Shown here: positions 48,399 through 57,685 of the stretch, piece after piece
Numbering within the stretch: the first letter of the stretch is position 1
Layout of the letters: each line of letters opens with the position of its first letter
Source: an uncultured Bacteroidales bacterium
Lineage (GTDB): Bacteria; Bacteroidota; Bacteroidia; Bacteroidales; FEN-979
DNA: 64,000 nucleotides
Direction of reading: 5' to 3'
NCBI GenBank assembly: GCA_903945175.1
Contig: CAJAUM010000128.1
Location: 4,459 to 68,458 of the forward strand
Position numbers and translations under genes: made by a program
The notes under the pieces: generated by a model
Seen by the model: the letters and a program-made list of their open reading frames with translations, nothing else
The model's database searches: none
Told to the model about the DNA's origin: nothing

Positions 48399-49820
48399 TT
48401 ATCTGATCAGGTTTCTGTAGTGATAAAATCGACTCACGATGTCATCGACAAAACCTTCTGTTTTGTAATCGACAGGATAGGTTTTAAGCGAATCAGAATT
48501 GGCAATAGGGTTTTTTATTGAACGTCGCAAAAGGTAGTAATCCACATGCCCATTCCACCTGTTTTTATCTTTACCGAATTTTTCAGCTTTTTCCCTTGCA
48601 GCCAGGACCTTTCCGATACCTACGTTGTAAGAGGCCAGAACAAAATAAACGCGCTCAACCGGACTCTCAATATCTTCGGGAAGCTGGTTATCAAGATACC
48701 TCAGGTATTTAACCCCACCAGCAATTTGTCGTTCGGGTGTTGCCGTACTATCAATTCCAAATTTTGCGGCCGTCTCAGGCATCAGTTGCATTAATCCACT
48801 GGCGCTGTGCGATGAAATCTGCCCTGGCCTGAAGTTTGATTCCTCATAGATCAGTGAAGCCACCAATCGCCAGTCCCACCAAACCTGTTTGCATTGTTCC
48901 CTGATTGCATTATCAAAAGGCGAAAGTTGATTCCCGCTTACTGAGAAATAATCACTTTGGAAAAATCCTGCAATGCGTTGGTTGTCAAAATAATCGAGAT
49001 ATATTTTCTTCAGGTGCCGCGACCTTTTAAACTCCTTTAACCAGGTATCTACTTCGATACGAAGAGAATCTGAACCCATTCCCATCCCCCAGCCATATGA
49101 AAACAATGGGAAAGCCAATACTGAAATGTCTATATTCCTGTAAACCCGGTGGAGTACCATGGCCACATTTTCCTGACAAATCGCAAAGCGTATTGTTCCT
49201 TCTGCGACCCGCTTAATTAACTCTTCCTGGCTGATGTCAGCCTCTTCTTTCAGGATGGCACGTTTCCCGGTTTCTTTATAAAAACTGTGGTACTCTGCCT
49301 CCATGAATTGATTTTTCCGGATGTATACCGTATCCTCCGGAAAGTCATTCAAAGATTTGATCATCCCAGATTCTGATTTACCCGGGCCACTGCCTTTGCG
49401 TTGAACCAGCACCATTCGTGTTTCACCAAACGGATCTGAAAATCGGACGAGCTTTTTGCCATGGCCGGAGATGGGAAGGTTGAGCGCGATCAGGTCGGCG
49501 GCATTGTAATAAAGATAATATTGGAGTTTTGAAATATCATTGCTGGCAATAATCTTGAGGGGGACACCCAGATGTTTTGAAAATGATTCAAGCAGTTCGA
49601 GCTGGTAGCCCATGGGTTCGCCCCGGTACAAAAAGTAATTGAGTGTATTTTGATCGGTAAGGGCGATCAGGTATCCGCGTTCACGGATACGACGCAGGGC
49701 ATCTTTCTTGGTCTCTTCCCGGTGAAACATGCCACGCGTTACGAAAAAGGCAATGGCAACTATCGCCAATCCCAGGAGAACGGTTCTAAGGATGATGTAT
49801 ATCCTTGATTTCTTATTCAC
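48399..49820 (-). CDS. MltF-like lytic transglycosylase (solute-binding-like domain + SLT domain)
   Basis: N-terminal TM/signal region. The SBP-type-3-like half is followed by an SLT catalytic block LIYEESNFRPGQISSHSASGLMQLMPETA. Confidence 0.8.
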   Translation of the reverse strand: MNKKSRIYIILRTVLLGLAIVAIAFFVTRGMFHREETKKDALRRIRERGYLIALTDQNTLNYFLYRGEPMGYQLELLESFSKHLGVPLKIIASNDISKLQYYLYYNAADLIALNLPISGHGKKLVRFSDPFGETRMVLVQRKGSGPGKSESGMIKSLNDFPEDTVYIRKNQFMEAEYHSFYKETGKRAILKEEADISQEELIKRVAEGTIRFAICQENVAMVLHRVYRNIDISVLAFPLFSYGWGMGMGSDSLRIEVDTWLKEFKRSRHLKKIYLDYFDNQRIAGFFQSDYFSVSGNQLSPFDNAIREQCKQVWWDWRLVASLIYEESNFRPGQISSHSASGLMQLMPETAAKFGIDSTATPERQIAGGVKYLRYLDNQLPEDIESPVERVYFVLASYNVGIGKVLAAREKAEKFGKDKNRWNGHVDYYLLRRSIKNPIANSDSLKTYPVDYKTEGFVDDIVSRFYHYRNLIR

Positions 49821-49829
49821 TATATAGGT

Positions 49830-50948
49830 TTAAGAGACTTTTCGGTATCTCAGAATGGCCAGGCTTAAACTGCAACCGGCATAAACAACCAGTGACCAAA
49901 AATGCGGACTGATATCAGCAAAACCAGATCCTTTCAGCAATACCATCCGCATGATTTTGATAAAATACATCACCGGATTGAGCCTGTCAAGGTTTTGCGC
50001 CCATTTTGGCATACTCTCAATAGAGGTGAATAATCCACTCATCAGGATGAATACCACCATAAAAAAGAACGAAACCAGCATGGCTTGCTGTTGCGTATGG
50101 GTGATGGTTGAAATCAGCAGGCCGAATGACAAAATTACAAAAAGATAAACAGATGCCGACAGAAAAATTAATCCCAGGTTCCCCTCCATGGGAATATTGA
50201 ACAGCAATTTTCCGACCGAGAGACCAAATGCGAGTTCAAACATCCCGATGATCCAAAAAGGTATAAGTTTGCCGGCAATAAACTGGATCTTATTGATTGG
50301 GGTCACATTAATTTGTTCAATGGTTCCGATCTCCATTTCACGCACGATGTTCATTCCTGAAAGTAACAACCCGATGATGGTGACGAGCAACACCAGGATC
50401 CCCGGGACCATATAGGTTTTATAATTCAGTTTGGGATTATACCAATAGCTGTAATCGGTTTGAATGCTCCTGAGGCCGCCCAGCATCGACGGATTTGCAT
50501 TTTCTATGAGCACCTCCCGGTTGTAATCGAGCAGAATCATGGTGGAGTAGGCGTTGGTGAGGCCGGCGCTTTGCCCGTTGATGGCGTTAATCACAAACTG
50601 GACATTTGCATGGCTCTCCGTCAGCAGCTTCTTTTCAAATCCCATGGGAATCTGGAGAATCATGTCGATCTTTCCCTGTTTCATCTTATTTTCGGCTTCT
50701 TTATAGGAAAATGAGGAGTTTTTAAGCAGGTAAAATGGTGACCCCTGGAACTTGCTCACCAACTTTCGGGAGGTGCCGGAGAGGTCAAGGTCAACCACCG
50801 AAACACGGATGTTCTTCATCTCATAGGTTGCGGCATTCACCAGGATGATCAGCTGGACGATCGGAAGGATAAAAATGATCGGCAGCATCGATTTGTTGCG
50901 GAATACCTGCAAGAATTCTTTCTGAATGATAAATAGAATAGTCCTCAT
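49830..50948 (-). CDS. ABC-2 type transporter permease (YbhR/YbhS-like)
   Basis: 372 aa. N-terminal TM, a large extracytoplasmic loop, then 5 TM helices. ATGA overlap with the upstream paralogue. Confidence 0.85.
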   Translation of the reverse strand: MRTILFIIQKEFLQVFRNKSMLPIIFILPIVQLIILVNAATYEMKNIRVSVVDLDLSGTSRKLVSKFQGSPFYLLKNSSFSYKEAENKMKQGKIDMILQIPMGFEKKLLTESHANVQFVINAINGQSAGLTNAYSTMILLDYNREVLIENANPSMLGGLRSIQTDYSYWYNPKLNYKTYMVPGILVLLVTIIGLLLSGMNIVREMEIGTIEQINVTPINKIQFIAGKLIPFWIIGMFELAFGLSVGKLLFNIPMEGNLGLIFLSASVYLFVILSFGLLISTITHTQQQAMLVSFFFMVVFILMSGLFTSIESMPKWAQNLDRLNPVMYFIKIMRMVLLKGSGFADISPHFWSLVVYAGCSLSLAILRYRKVS

Positions 50949-52051
50949 GAGGTAAGCCGGATATTAAATTTTTTAATACTGAGTCCAAGGAAAAAAGCTG
51001 TAAATCCCATCAGGATGAGCGTTTCCCGCCATACATATTCGATCCCGTTGCCCTGGAGCATGATGCTCTTGATGATGGTGATATAATATTTTGGTGGCAT
51101 GAAGTGGCAAAGTACCTGCATAATCACGGGCATGTTTTCGACCGGAAAAATAAAACCGCTAAGCAGGATGGTAGGCAGCATGAGCGCTACCAGCGAAATC
51201 ATCATGGCTACCTGCTGGCTGTTGGTGATGCTGGAGATCAGGATGCCGAGTGACAAGGCCATGCATATGTAAAGGAAACTTTCGAGGAGCAGGAGCGAAA
51301 TGCTACCTATGATAGGCATGCCGAAAAACATGTTTCCTAAGGCGAGGATGATACATGCATCGATGAAGGCAAGAAAGACATAAGGAAAGACTTTGCCAAC
51401 AATGATTTGCCATGGTCTCATCGGAGACACCAGCAGCAATTCCATGGTACCCATCTCTTTTTCTTTGGTGATGGAAAGGGAGGTCATCAGCGCGGAAATC
51501 AACATAAGCAGCATGGCCATCAGTCCGGGAACGAACATGTATACCCCCTTCAGCTCTCCATTATACATCATCCGTACTTCAGGTGTGATCTGGTAAGGGA
51601 CCTTTTCGGAATTCATAGAAACCAGGAAGTTACTGATAATCCCGGTGGCATAATTTACCAGCATATTGGCCGTATTCGGATCGGATGCATCCCCAATAAT
51701 CTGGATGCGGGCCCTCCCTGTTTTTTCCAGTTTTTGTGCGAAACCGGGTTCATAAATGAGTGCCAGTTTAACCTCGCCCTGCCGGAAAACAGGATCAATT
51801 TCGTCCACTGTACTGAGGTTGCGCTCCAGGATAAAGTAACCCGATGAGAGGATTTTGTCAGTGATTTTGCGGGTGATCACATCGTTGGATGGGTCGTAAA
51901 TAGCGATTTTGGCATCTTTAATCTCATTGGTGAGTACATATCCGAATAACATCAGCTGGATGGCCGGCATGCCAAAGAGGATCAGCAGGGTGCGGTAATC
52001 TCTGAAGATATGGTAGAACTCCTTGATGACAAATCCCCGGAACCGTTTCAT
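50945..52051 (-). CDS. ABC-2 type transporter permease (YbhS/YbhR-like)
   Basis: 368 aa with the same architecture as the neighbouring paralogue. Confidence 0.85.
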   Translation of the reverse strand: MKRFRGFVIKEFYHIFRDYRTLLILFGMPAIQLMLFGYVLTNEIKDAKIAIYDPSNDVITRKITDKILSSGYFILERNLSTVDEIDPVFRQGEVKLALIYEPGFAQKLEKTGRARIQIIGDASDPNTANMLVNYATGIISNFLVSMNSEKVPYQITPEVRMMYNGELKGVYMFVPGLMAMLLMLISALMTSLSITKEKEMGTMELLLVSPMRPWQIIVGKVFPYVFLAFIDACIILALGNMFFGMPIIGSISLLLLESFLYICMALSLGILISSITNSQQVAMMISLVALMLPTILLSGFIFPVENMPVIMQVLCHFMPPKYYITIIKSIMLQGNGIEYVWRETLILMGFTAFFLGLSIKKFNIRLTS

Positions 52052-52524
52052 ACAATTTTTTTATTGGTCGCCCAGAAATAGAAGAACCGTGAAGCCGATA
52101 CCAGTAATGGCACTCCCATGGTGATATAAAAGTTATAAAGCCATGCCTTATTGATTACATCCAGCGTGCGCAGCAGGATACCGCCGGAAATCATGATGGC
52201 CATCAAAAGGTATCCACGGAGGTTAAAAAAGGAGAAGGCGCATGGATAGGGTATGTTGAGCCCTTTGATCCGCCGGATATGACTTTTCGAAATTTTGGCA
52301 AACAGCATCACGTAAAATATCATTCCAAAAACCAGACCGCCTGCCAGGCGCCAGCCAAGATATTGTCCATGGTGAAACAGGTAACTCAAACCCCGTCCTG
52401 CAAGAATGCCCCCTGCGGTCGTCCATGCCAGTCCCGCAATAAAAAGCAGGTTATGCCTGCTGACGGAGGGTTTATATTTTTGGAAGATATTCACTGAATG
52501 TGTTTTTTCACCGTTAAGGCGCAA
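52048..52524 (-). CDS. Small 4-TM membrane protein of unknown function inside the efflux operon
   Basis: 4 hydrophobic helices. There is no ATG near the 5' end (candidates are TTG 52524 or GTG 52494), so the start is uncertain. The stop overlaps the permease start in an ATGA. Confidence 0.5.
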   Translation of the reverse strand: MRLNGEKTHSVNIFQKYKPSVSRHNLLFIAGLAWTTAGGILAGRGLSYLFHHGQYLGWRLAGGLVFGMIFYVMLFAKISKSHIRRIKGLNIPYPCAFSFFNLRGYLLMAIMISGGILLRTLDVINKAWLYNFYITMGVPLLVSASRFFYFWATNKKIV

Positions 52525-52577
52525 AGGCGCAAAAAATGTATTTATAATCCTGATTTTCTATTCTTTGCGTCTTTGCG
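52520..52577. repeat. Imperfect inverted repeat in the only sizeable gap of the efflux operon
   Basis: CGCAAAGGCGCAAA (52520-52533) pairs with TTTGCGTCTTTGCG (52564-52577): 13 of 14 bp, with a 30-nt AT-rich loop. Confidence 0.55.
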
Positions 52578-52609
52578 GTTCGTATATTCATTTCGCCGTG
52601 ATCCGGGTT

Positions 52610-53344
52610 CTAAGCCCTTGCCAGTTTGATAAACACCTCATTCATGGAGAAGGTGCCGAATTGTTTCTTCAGGTTGTCGGGGGTATCCAGGGCGGCAATT
52701 CGCCCGTCGACCATGATTGATACGCGGTCGCAATATTCGGCCTCATCCATATAGTGTGTGGTCACGAACACAGTGATTCCTTCATGGGCAGCTTCATAAA
52801 TCATATCCCAGAATTGTCTTCGGGTAATGGGATCCACGCCGCCGGTTGGCTCATCGAGGAATACGATTTTTGGGTTATGCAGGATCGCAACAGAGAACGC
52901 AAGCTTTTGTTTCCAACCCAGCGGAATATCCCTGATCAGTTTATCACGGGCTGATTCGAAACCGAGACGTTGCATAAGGGCGTGGGTGCGGGTATCGATC
53001 TCCTTTCTCCTCAGTCCGTAAATTCCACCGTAAAAGCGTATGTTTTCATACACGGTGAGATCGTCATAGAGTGAAAACCGCTGACTCATATACCCGATGT
53101 TTTTCTTTACCTTTTCGCGCTGGGTGTAAATATCAAAACCAGCAACAGACATTTTTCCGGAAGTGGGATAGGATAATCCGCAGAGGATTTTGATGGCCGT
53201 GGTTTTTCCGGCGCCGTTGGCTCCCAGAAAACCAAATATTTCTCCCCTTTTCACCTCGAATGTCAGGTGATCATTTGCAACGAAAGAACCAAATTTTTTG
53301 ACCAGGTCCTTTACTGTGATAATATTTTCAGTGGCTGCCGGCAT
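52610..53344 (-). CDS. ABC transporter ATP-binding protein (second NBD of a YbhF-like pair)
   Basis: Walker A GANGAGKTT, Q-loop GYMSQRF, Walker B IVFLDEPTGGVD, and H-loop TTHYMDEA. Confidence 0.9.
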   Translation of the reverse strand: MPAATENIITVKDLVKKFGSFVANDHLTFEVKRGEIFGFLGANGAGKTTAIKILCGLSYPTSGKMSVAGFDIYTQREKVKKNIGYMSQRFSLYDDLTVYENIRFYGGIYGLRRKEIDTRTHALMQRLGFESARDKLIRDIPLGWKQKLAFSVAILHNPKIVFLDEPTGGVDPITRRQFWDMIYEAAHEGITVFVTTHYMDEAEYCDRVSIMVDGRIAALDTPDNLKKQFGTFSMNEVFIKLARA

Positions 53345-53347
53345 GGT

Positions 53348-54268
53348 TTATTCAGGGCTATTCATCAACTCCATAAAACAATCTTCGATGGTTGCGTCGA
53401 TTCGTGTTATTTCGACCGATTCATGCTTCTTTTTCTTCAGAAACTCAGATAAAGCTTCTGGTTCAATCTTCTGTGCACTGAAGGCAACATGGGCCGATTG
53501 CCCGAAGGCATATACGCTGTGAACGCCCGGATAGTCCCTGAGTTCGCCAAGCAGGTGGTAAATATCAGACGATTTCACTGAAAGAAGCGACAATGGATAA
53601 TTGCGGATAACCTGCCCCGGGGTGCTGATGGTCATAATCCGGCCATTTTGCATCAGGGCGACCCGGTCGCAAAGACTGGCCTCGTCCATATAAGGTGTGG
53701 AGACGAGAATGGTTATCCCGGCATCTTTCAACCGCTTGAGCATCTCCCAGAATTCGAGCCGTGAAACCGCATCAACACCGGTAGTGGGTTCATCCAGGAA
53801 TAACACCTCAGGTTTGTGAATCATGGCACACGACAGCGCAAGTTTTTGCTTCATTCCTCCCGATAATTTACCGGCTTTTCTGTTTTTAAACGGCTCGATC
53901 TGCTGGTAGATGTTTTTTATCAGGTCGTAGTTTTCGTGGATGGTGGTCCCAAATATGGTGGCAAAGAATTTTAAGTTTTCTTCAACGGTCAGGTCCTGGT
54001 AAAGCGAAAACTTTCCCGGCATATAACCACTGATATTTCTGATATTCTTGTAATCCTTCACCAAATCAAATCCTGCAACACTGCCTGTTCCTGTGTCGGC
54101 TAACAGCAAGGTTGTCAGAAGGCGGAAAAGGGTTGTTTTGCCGGCTCCGTCAGGACCAATAAACCCGAAAAGCTCACCCTTGCCGACATCAAAGGAGATA
54201 TCGTCAAGGGCAAGGGTTTCGCCATACTTTTTGGTCAGATGTTCAACATGGACGGTTATGTCCGACAT
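53348..54268 (-). CDS. ABC transporter ATP-binding protein (first NBD of a YbhF-like pair) with a C-terminal extension
   Basis: Start at ATG 54268 (MSDITVHVEHLTKKYG). Walker A GPDGAGKTT, signature LSGGMKQKLAL, Walker B LFLDEPTTGVD. Confidence 0.9.
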   Translation of the reverse strand: MSDITVHVEHLTKKYGETLALDDISFDVGKGELFGFIGPDGAGKTTLFRLLTTLLLADTGTGSVAGFDLVKDYKNIRNISGYMPGKFSLYQDLTVEENLKFFATIFGTTIHENYDLIKNIYQQIEPFKNRKAGKLSGGMKQKLALSCAMIHKPEVLFLDEPTTGVDAVSRLEFWEMLKRLKDAGITILVSTPYMDEASLCDRVALMQNGRIMTISTPGQVIRNYPLSLLSVKSSDIYHLLGELRDYPGVHSVYAFGQSAHVAFSAQKIEPEALSEFLKKKKHESVEITRIDATIEDCFMELMNSPE

Positions 54269-54281
54269 AATATAATTCTGA

Positions 54282-54752
54282 TTAATTCTGAGGCGGTGTG
54301 CTTTTGGTCCAATAGCTGTTTCTTCCCAGAAGCGAAATGCCAACATATCCGCGAATTTTCAACTTTGTCGGACTTTCAAACTGAATATAGCATTTATATG
54401 TTTTTCCGTTTTTCGGGTCGTAAATGGTACCGCCAGACCACTCGTCCTTCCCATCAAATGAGAAGTTTTTCATGTTTACCAGACCGATAATCGGGGTCGT
54501 TTTCAGTTTGGGCTCGGGATTTTCTTTATCGGTACGTGGCAGTCCGGTGATGGAATCAAGAGGGGTTCTTAGCCAGACAAGTTTTCCAAAATACTTGCCG
54601 TTCTCTTTATACAGGGTGATTTTTCCGGTGGCTTCCTGGTTAAGCCAGGTGCCGAGAATATCATCGCCTTTATGGGTTTGAGCGGAGACAGTAATCCCCG
54701 ACCCAATGGCCAACAGAATGGCCATTAAAAATGTTGAAATGGTTTTTTTCAT
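54282..54752 (-). CDS. DUF2147 family periplasmic protein
   Basis: Signal peptide followed by GTWLNQEATGKITLYKENGKYFGKLVWL...GGTIYDPKNGKTYKCYIQF...LKIRGYVGISLLGRNSYW. Confidence 0.75.
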   Translation of the reverse strand: MKKTISTFLMAILLAIGSGITVSAQTHKGDDILGTWLNQEATGKITLYKENGKYFGKLVWLRTPLDSITGLPRTDKENPEPKLKTTPIIGLVNMKNFSFDGKDEWSGGTIYDPKNGKTYKCYIQFESPTKLKIRGYVGISLLGRNSYWTKSTPPQN

Positions 54753-54767
54753 TGTTTTTGGTTTTGG

Positions 54768-55658
54768 TTAATTTGACATCAATTTTATTTCGCCCGGCAT
54801 GCCAATTTTCAGGCTGCCGTCATTCAAAACACGCACCTTTACTGCATATACGAGGTTCACGCGTTCTTCCTTTGTTTGGATTGTTTTGGGCGTAAATTCT
54901 GCTGTTTGAGAAATCCAGCCAACGACACCCTCCAACGTTGAATTTGTTTTTTCATCTTTATCAATGCGGACTTCGACCTTTTCACCGATTTTAATGTGGG
55001 GTAACTGCACTCCGCTGATGTAAACACGAAGTTGCATTTCGCGCAGATCGGCAATCTTGTACAGTGGTTTTCCAAAGGTCGTCACCTCGTTGTTCTCTGC
55101 AAATTTTGTCAGGACTGTTCCTTTTATCGGGTTGACGATTCGTGCATTTTTAATTGATTCACACACCTGGGCAATTTGCTGTTCGGTGCTGCTGATCTGA
55201 TCTTCGATGCCCTTGAACTGGGTTTTGATCGAAACAATCTGTTTCTCAATGAGGTTGAGGCTGGAGTTGATGTCGTCGAGTTGTTTCTGGGTTGCCGCAC
55301 CGTCTTTAAGTAGCCTGATTACACGGTTTTTCTCGATCAGAATATTTTCCCGATTTTGTTCCTGAACTGCGATCTGAGACATGAGATCCTCTTTCCGCGA
55401 TCCGGTAGCATTTTTTTGTTCCATTATCTGCAGCTTTTTCAGATGCAGGTCGGTGGTATCAATATAACCTACCAATTGGCCTGAATCGAGCAATTGCCCC
55501 TCCTCAACATCAAACAACATGATTTTTCCATTGGCAAGTGAAGATATGGTAACCTCTGTAGTTTCAAACGATCCGTATGCATCGGGTTTGTCCTTGCCGC
55601 TGCTGCAGGATGACAGAAGGGCAATCCCCATAATGATTCCAAGAAGATATCGTCTCAT
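54768..55658 (-). CDS. HlyD/YbhG-like periplasmic adaptor (membrane fusion protein), lipoprotein signal
   Basis: Lipobox ALLSSC, a central coiled coil, and flanking beta-barrel segments. Confidence 0.85.
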   Translation of the reverse strand: MRRYLLGIIMGIALLSSCSSGKDKPDAYGSFETTEVTISSLANGKIMLFDVEEGQLLDSGQLVGYIDTTDLHLKKLQIMEQKNATGSRKEDLMSQIAVQEQNRENILIEKNRVIRLLKDGAATQKQLDDINSSLNLIEKQIVSIKTQFKGIEDQISSTEQQIAQVCESIKNARIVNPIKGTVLTKFAENNEVTTFGKPLYKIADLREMQLRVYISGVQLPHIKIGEKVEVRIDKDEKTNSTLEGVVGWISQTAEFTPKTIQTKEERVNLVYAVKVRVLNDGSLKIGMPGEIKLMSN

Positions 55659-55684
55659 AAAATGTCTGGTATTTTGGAATGGGT

Positions 55685-56992
55685 TTACAATTTTCCAATA
55701 TTATATAAATAGCTGATTTTTGCTTTGATAAGCTGGAGTTTGTGAATTTCCATTCCCATCCGGGCCTGGATTTCATCGTTGACGCGAAAGATATAATCAC
55801 TGGAGGTGATCACCCCGTTTGAAAGTTGTGAAGAGGCGATTTTGGTTATGCCGGCTCGGAGCGCAACAAGTTCCTGATCTTTAATGAGCAAGTCGGTGAG
55901 TTTTGTGATATCGGTCAGATTTTTCTGCGTCGTCACCCGTAAATTTTTATCAAAGGTTTCCTGTTGGTTTTTAATGATATCCCCCTGGATATCATACATC
56001 TTTTTTTCGTTCTTATTGGCATTCCAGTTCCATGGATTCCATGTAAGTTTGGCGCCAACCATAACCATGGGGGCAATGTCGGTTGAAAGAAAATTATAGC
56101 CTGGCCTTCCAAATCCAACCTGGCCGAATGCCCATATTTTTGGGTTCCATTTTGTGGTGACCATGTTTTTCATCAGGTCAGCCCGTTCCCTCTGAATACC
56201 ATACAATTCAAATTCAATCCGCTTGTTTTCATAATCCAGTCCGGGCACATTAATAACAGGTGTTTTAAATCCTGAATTCTCATCCAGCGGCATTGTAATG
56301 AGTTCTGAAAGCATGCGTATGCTGGCAAGCCGGTCCATGGATAATTCATAAATATTCTGTTCAAGTTTAATGATCTCTGCCCGTATAAGATCGGCATTCA
56401 TTTTGAGCGTGGCACCATTTAGTACGGCTGATTCCACCTCCTTTAGTTTCGATTCAAGCTGTTTTCTTGTCTCATTCAACAGTTTAATATGCTCCTGGGT
56501 AAGTAAAATACTGAAAAAGAACTGGTTCACCTGGTCTTTTAAAAGATACAGGGTGGCGTCGACATTCTTTTTATCCACATTGAGATTAAATTTTTCAAGT
56601 TTTTTCTGGTAATTTGTCACATTGCCATCATAAATGGATTCGCTGACATCAAGGGTCAGCTTATACTGATCATTGGGAATGACAGGCCCTTGGAGTTGGG
56701 GCAGGTTTGCCGGCAATTCAATCACCACTTCGGTTACTTCATTCTGCCAAGATGCGGTACCGTTGACATTAAACTGGGGGAGATAGTTTTTATTCAGGTT
56801 TTTGGTTCTGAGGTCGCTGGATTTTTCCATCAGGGCGGCCTGGCGGTTAAGGGGATAGGTTTTCTGTAATTGCTGGAAGCAAAAATCCAGTGTAATGGTA
56901 TCCTGCGCCCGGGCCATGAAAGGGAGGCCGGTCATCAAAACAAACATGGAAACCAGGATGAATGGAACTTTAATTACGATGTTCATTTTCAT
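55685..56992 (-). CDS. TolC-family outer membrane efflux protein
   Basis: 435 aa with a signal peptide and a two-fold repeated helical/beta pattern. Overlaps the TetR gene end by 23 nt. Confidence 0.85.
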   Translation of the reverse strand: MKMNIVIKVPFILVSMFVLMTGLPFMARAQDTITLDFCFQQLQKTYPLNRQAALMEKSSDLRTKNLNKNYLPQFNVNGTASWQNEVTEVVIELPANLPQLQGPVIPNDQYKLTLDVSESIYDGNVTNYQKKLEKFNLNVDKKNVDATLYLLKDQVNQFFFSILLTQEHIKLLNETRKQLESKLKEVESAVLNGATLKMNADLIRAEIIKLEQNIYELSMDRLASIRMLSELITMPLDENSGFKTPVINVPGLDYENKRIEFELYGIQRERADLMKNMVTTKWNPKIWAFGQVGFGRPGYNFLSTDIAPMVMVGAKLTWNPWNWNANKNEKKMYDIQGDIIKNQQETFDKNLRVTTQKNLTDITKLTDLLIKDQELVALRAGITKIASSQLSNGVITSSDYIFRVNDEIQARMGMEIHKLQLIKAKISYLYNIGKL

Positions 56993-57596
56993 AACCTTTT
57001 AATGCATTAAGGATAAAATCAGGAACTACCGTTTTCCTCTCCTCATTGAATTGTTTGAGCTGATCATTCGAATAGCCAAAGATAGTCTGAATGAGTGGTT
57101 TGGCAATAACCGGAAAAATACTGAGCGCCAAAATGTTGATATAGAGATGGAAAGGATCAATCTCAAGATGTAGCTCCTCTTTGACCTGCTTGCGAATTTG
57201 TTCCATCAGTTTTTCAGGGGCGAAGTTTTTCTTTTTCAGCATCGCTTTAATCATATCTGGTTTTTCATACAATCCGTTCAGGATGAACAATGGGATATAT
57301 GAATTTTCTGAAAGAAAAGAGACGTAATAGCTAACGAAGATGGTGATTTTTGATTTGAAGTCAAGGTCAGAATAAAAAATCTCGTTCAATTTTGTAATCA
57401 GTTTGGAAAATGCATCTTCAAAAACTGCCTGAAAGATGTTATCCTTATTCCGGTAATAATAATGAACCAGTGATTTGTTTACACCGGCTTCGTCAGCTAT
57501 TTCCTGCATCCGGGCACCATCAAACCCTTTGCAGTGAAAAACCTTCTTTGCCGCTTCCAGGATGCGTTCTTCAGTAGTGGATGTTGAATTTTCCAT
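56970..57596 (-). CDS. TetR/AcrR family transcriptional regulator
   Basis: N-terminal HTH: RILEAAKKVFHCKGFDGARMQEIADEAGVNKSLVHYYYRNK. Confidence 0.9.
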   Translation of the reverse strand: MENSTSTTEERILEAAKKVFHCKGFDGARMQEIADEAGVNKSLVHYYYRNKDNIFQAVFEDAFSKLITKLNEIFYSDLDFKSKITIFVSYYVSFLSENSYIPLFILNGLYEKPDMIKAMLKKKNFAPEKLMEQIRKQVKEELHLEIDPFHLYINILALSIFPVIAKPLIQTIFGYSNDQLKQFNEERKTVVPDFILNALKGYENEHRN

Positions 57597-57627
57597 GTTG
57601 TTTTAACCGAATGGATTAATCAGTTGG

Positions 57628-57645
57628 TTTAACCAAGTGGTTAAA
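57628..57645. promoter_or_regulatory. Candidate TetR operator palindrome TTTAACC-AAGT-GGTTAAA
   Basis: Perfect 7-bp inverted arms with a 4-bp spacer, starting 32 nt upstream of the tetR ATG. A degenerate copy, TTAACCgaatGGATTA, lies at 57603-57618. Confidence 0.45.
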
Positions 57646-57685
57646 TATAATACAAATTTTATTGATAATTGCGGTTTAGAAGAAA

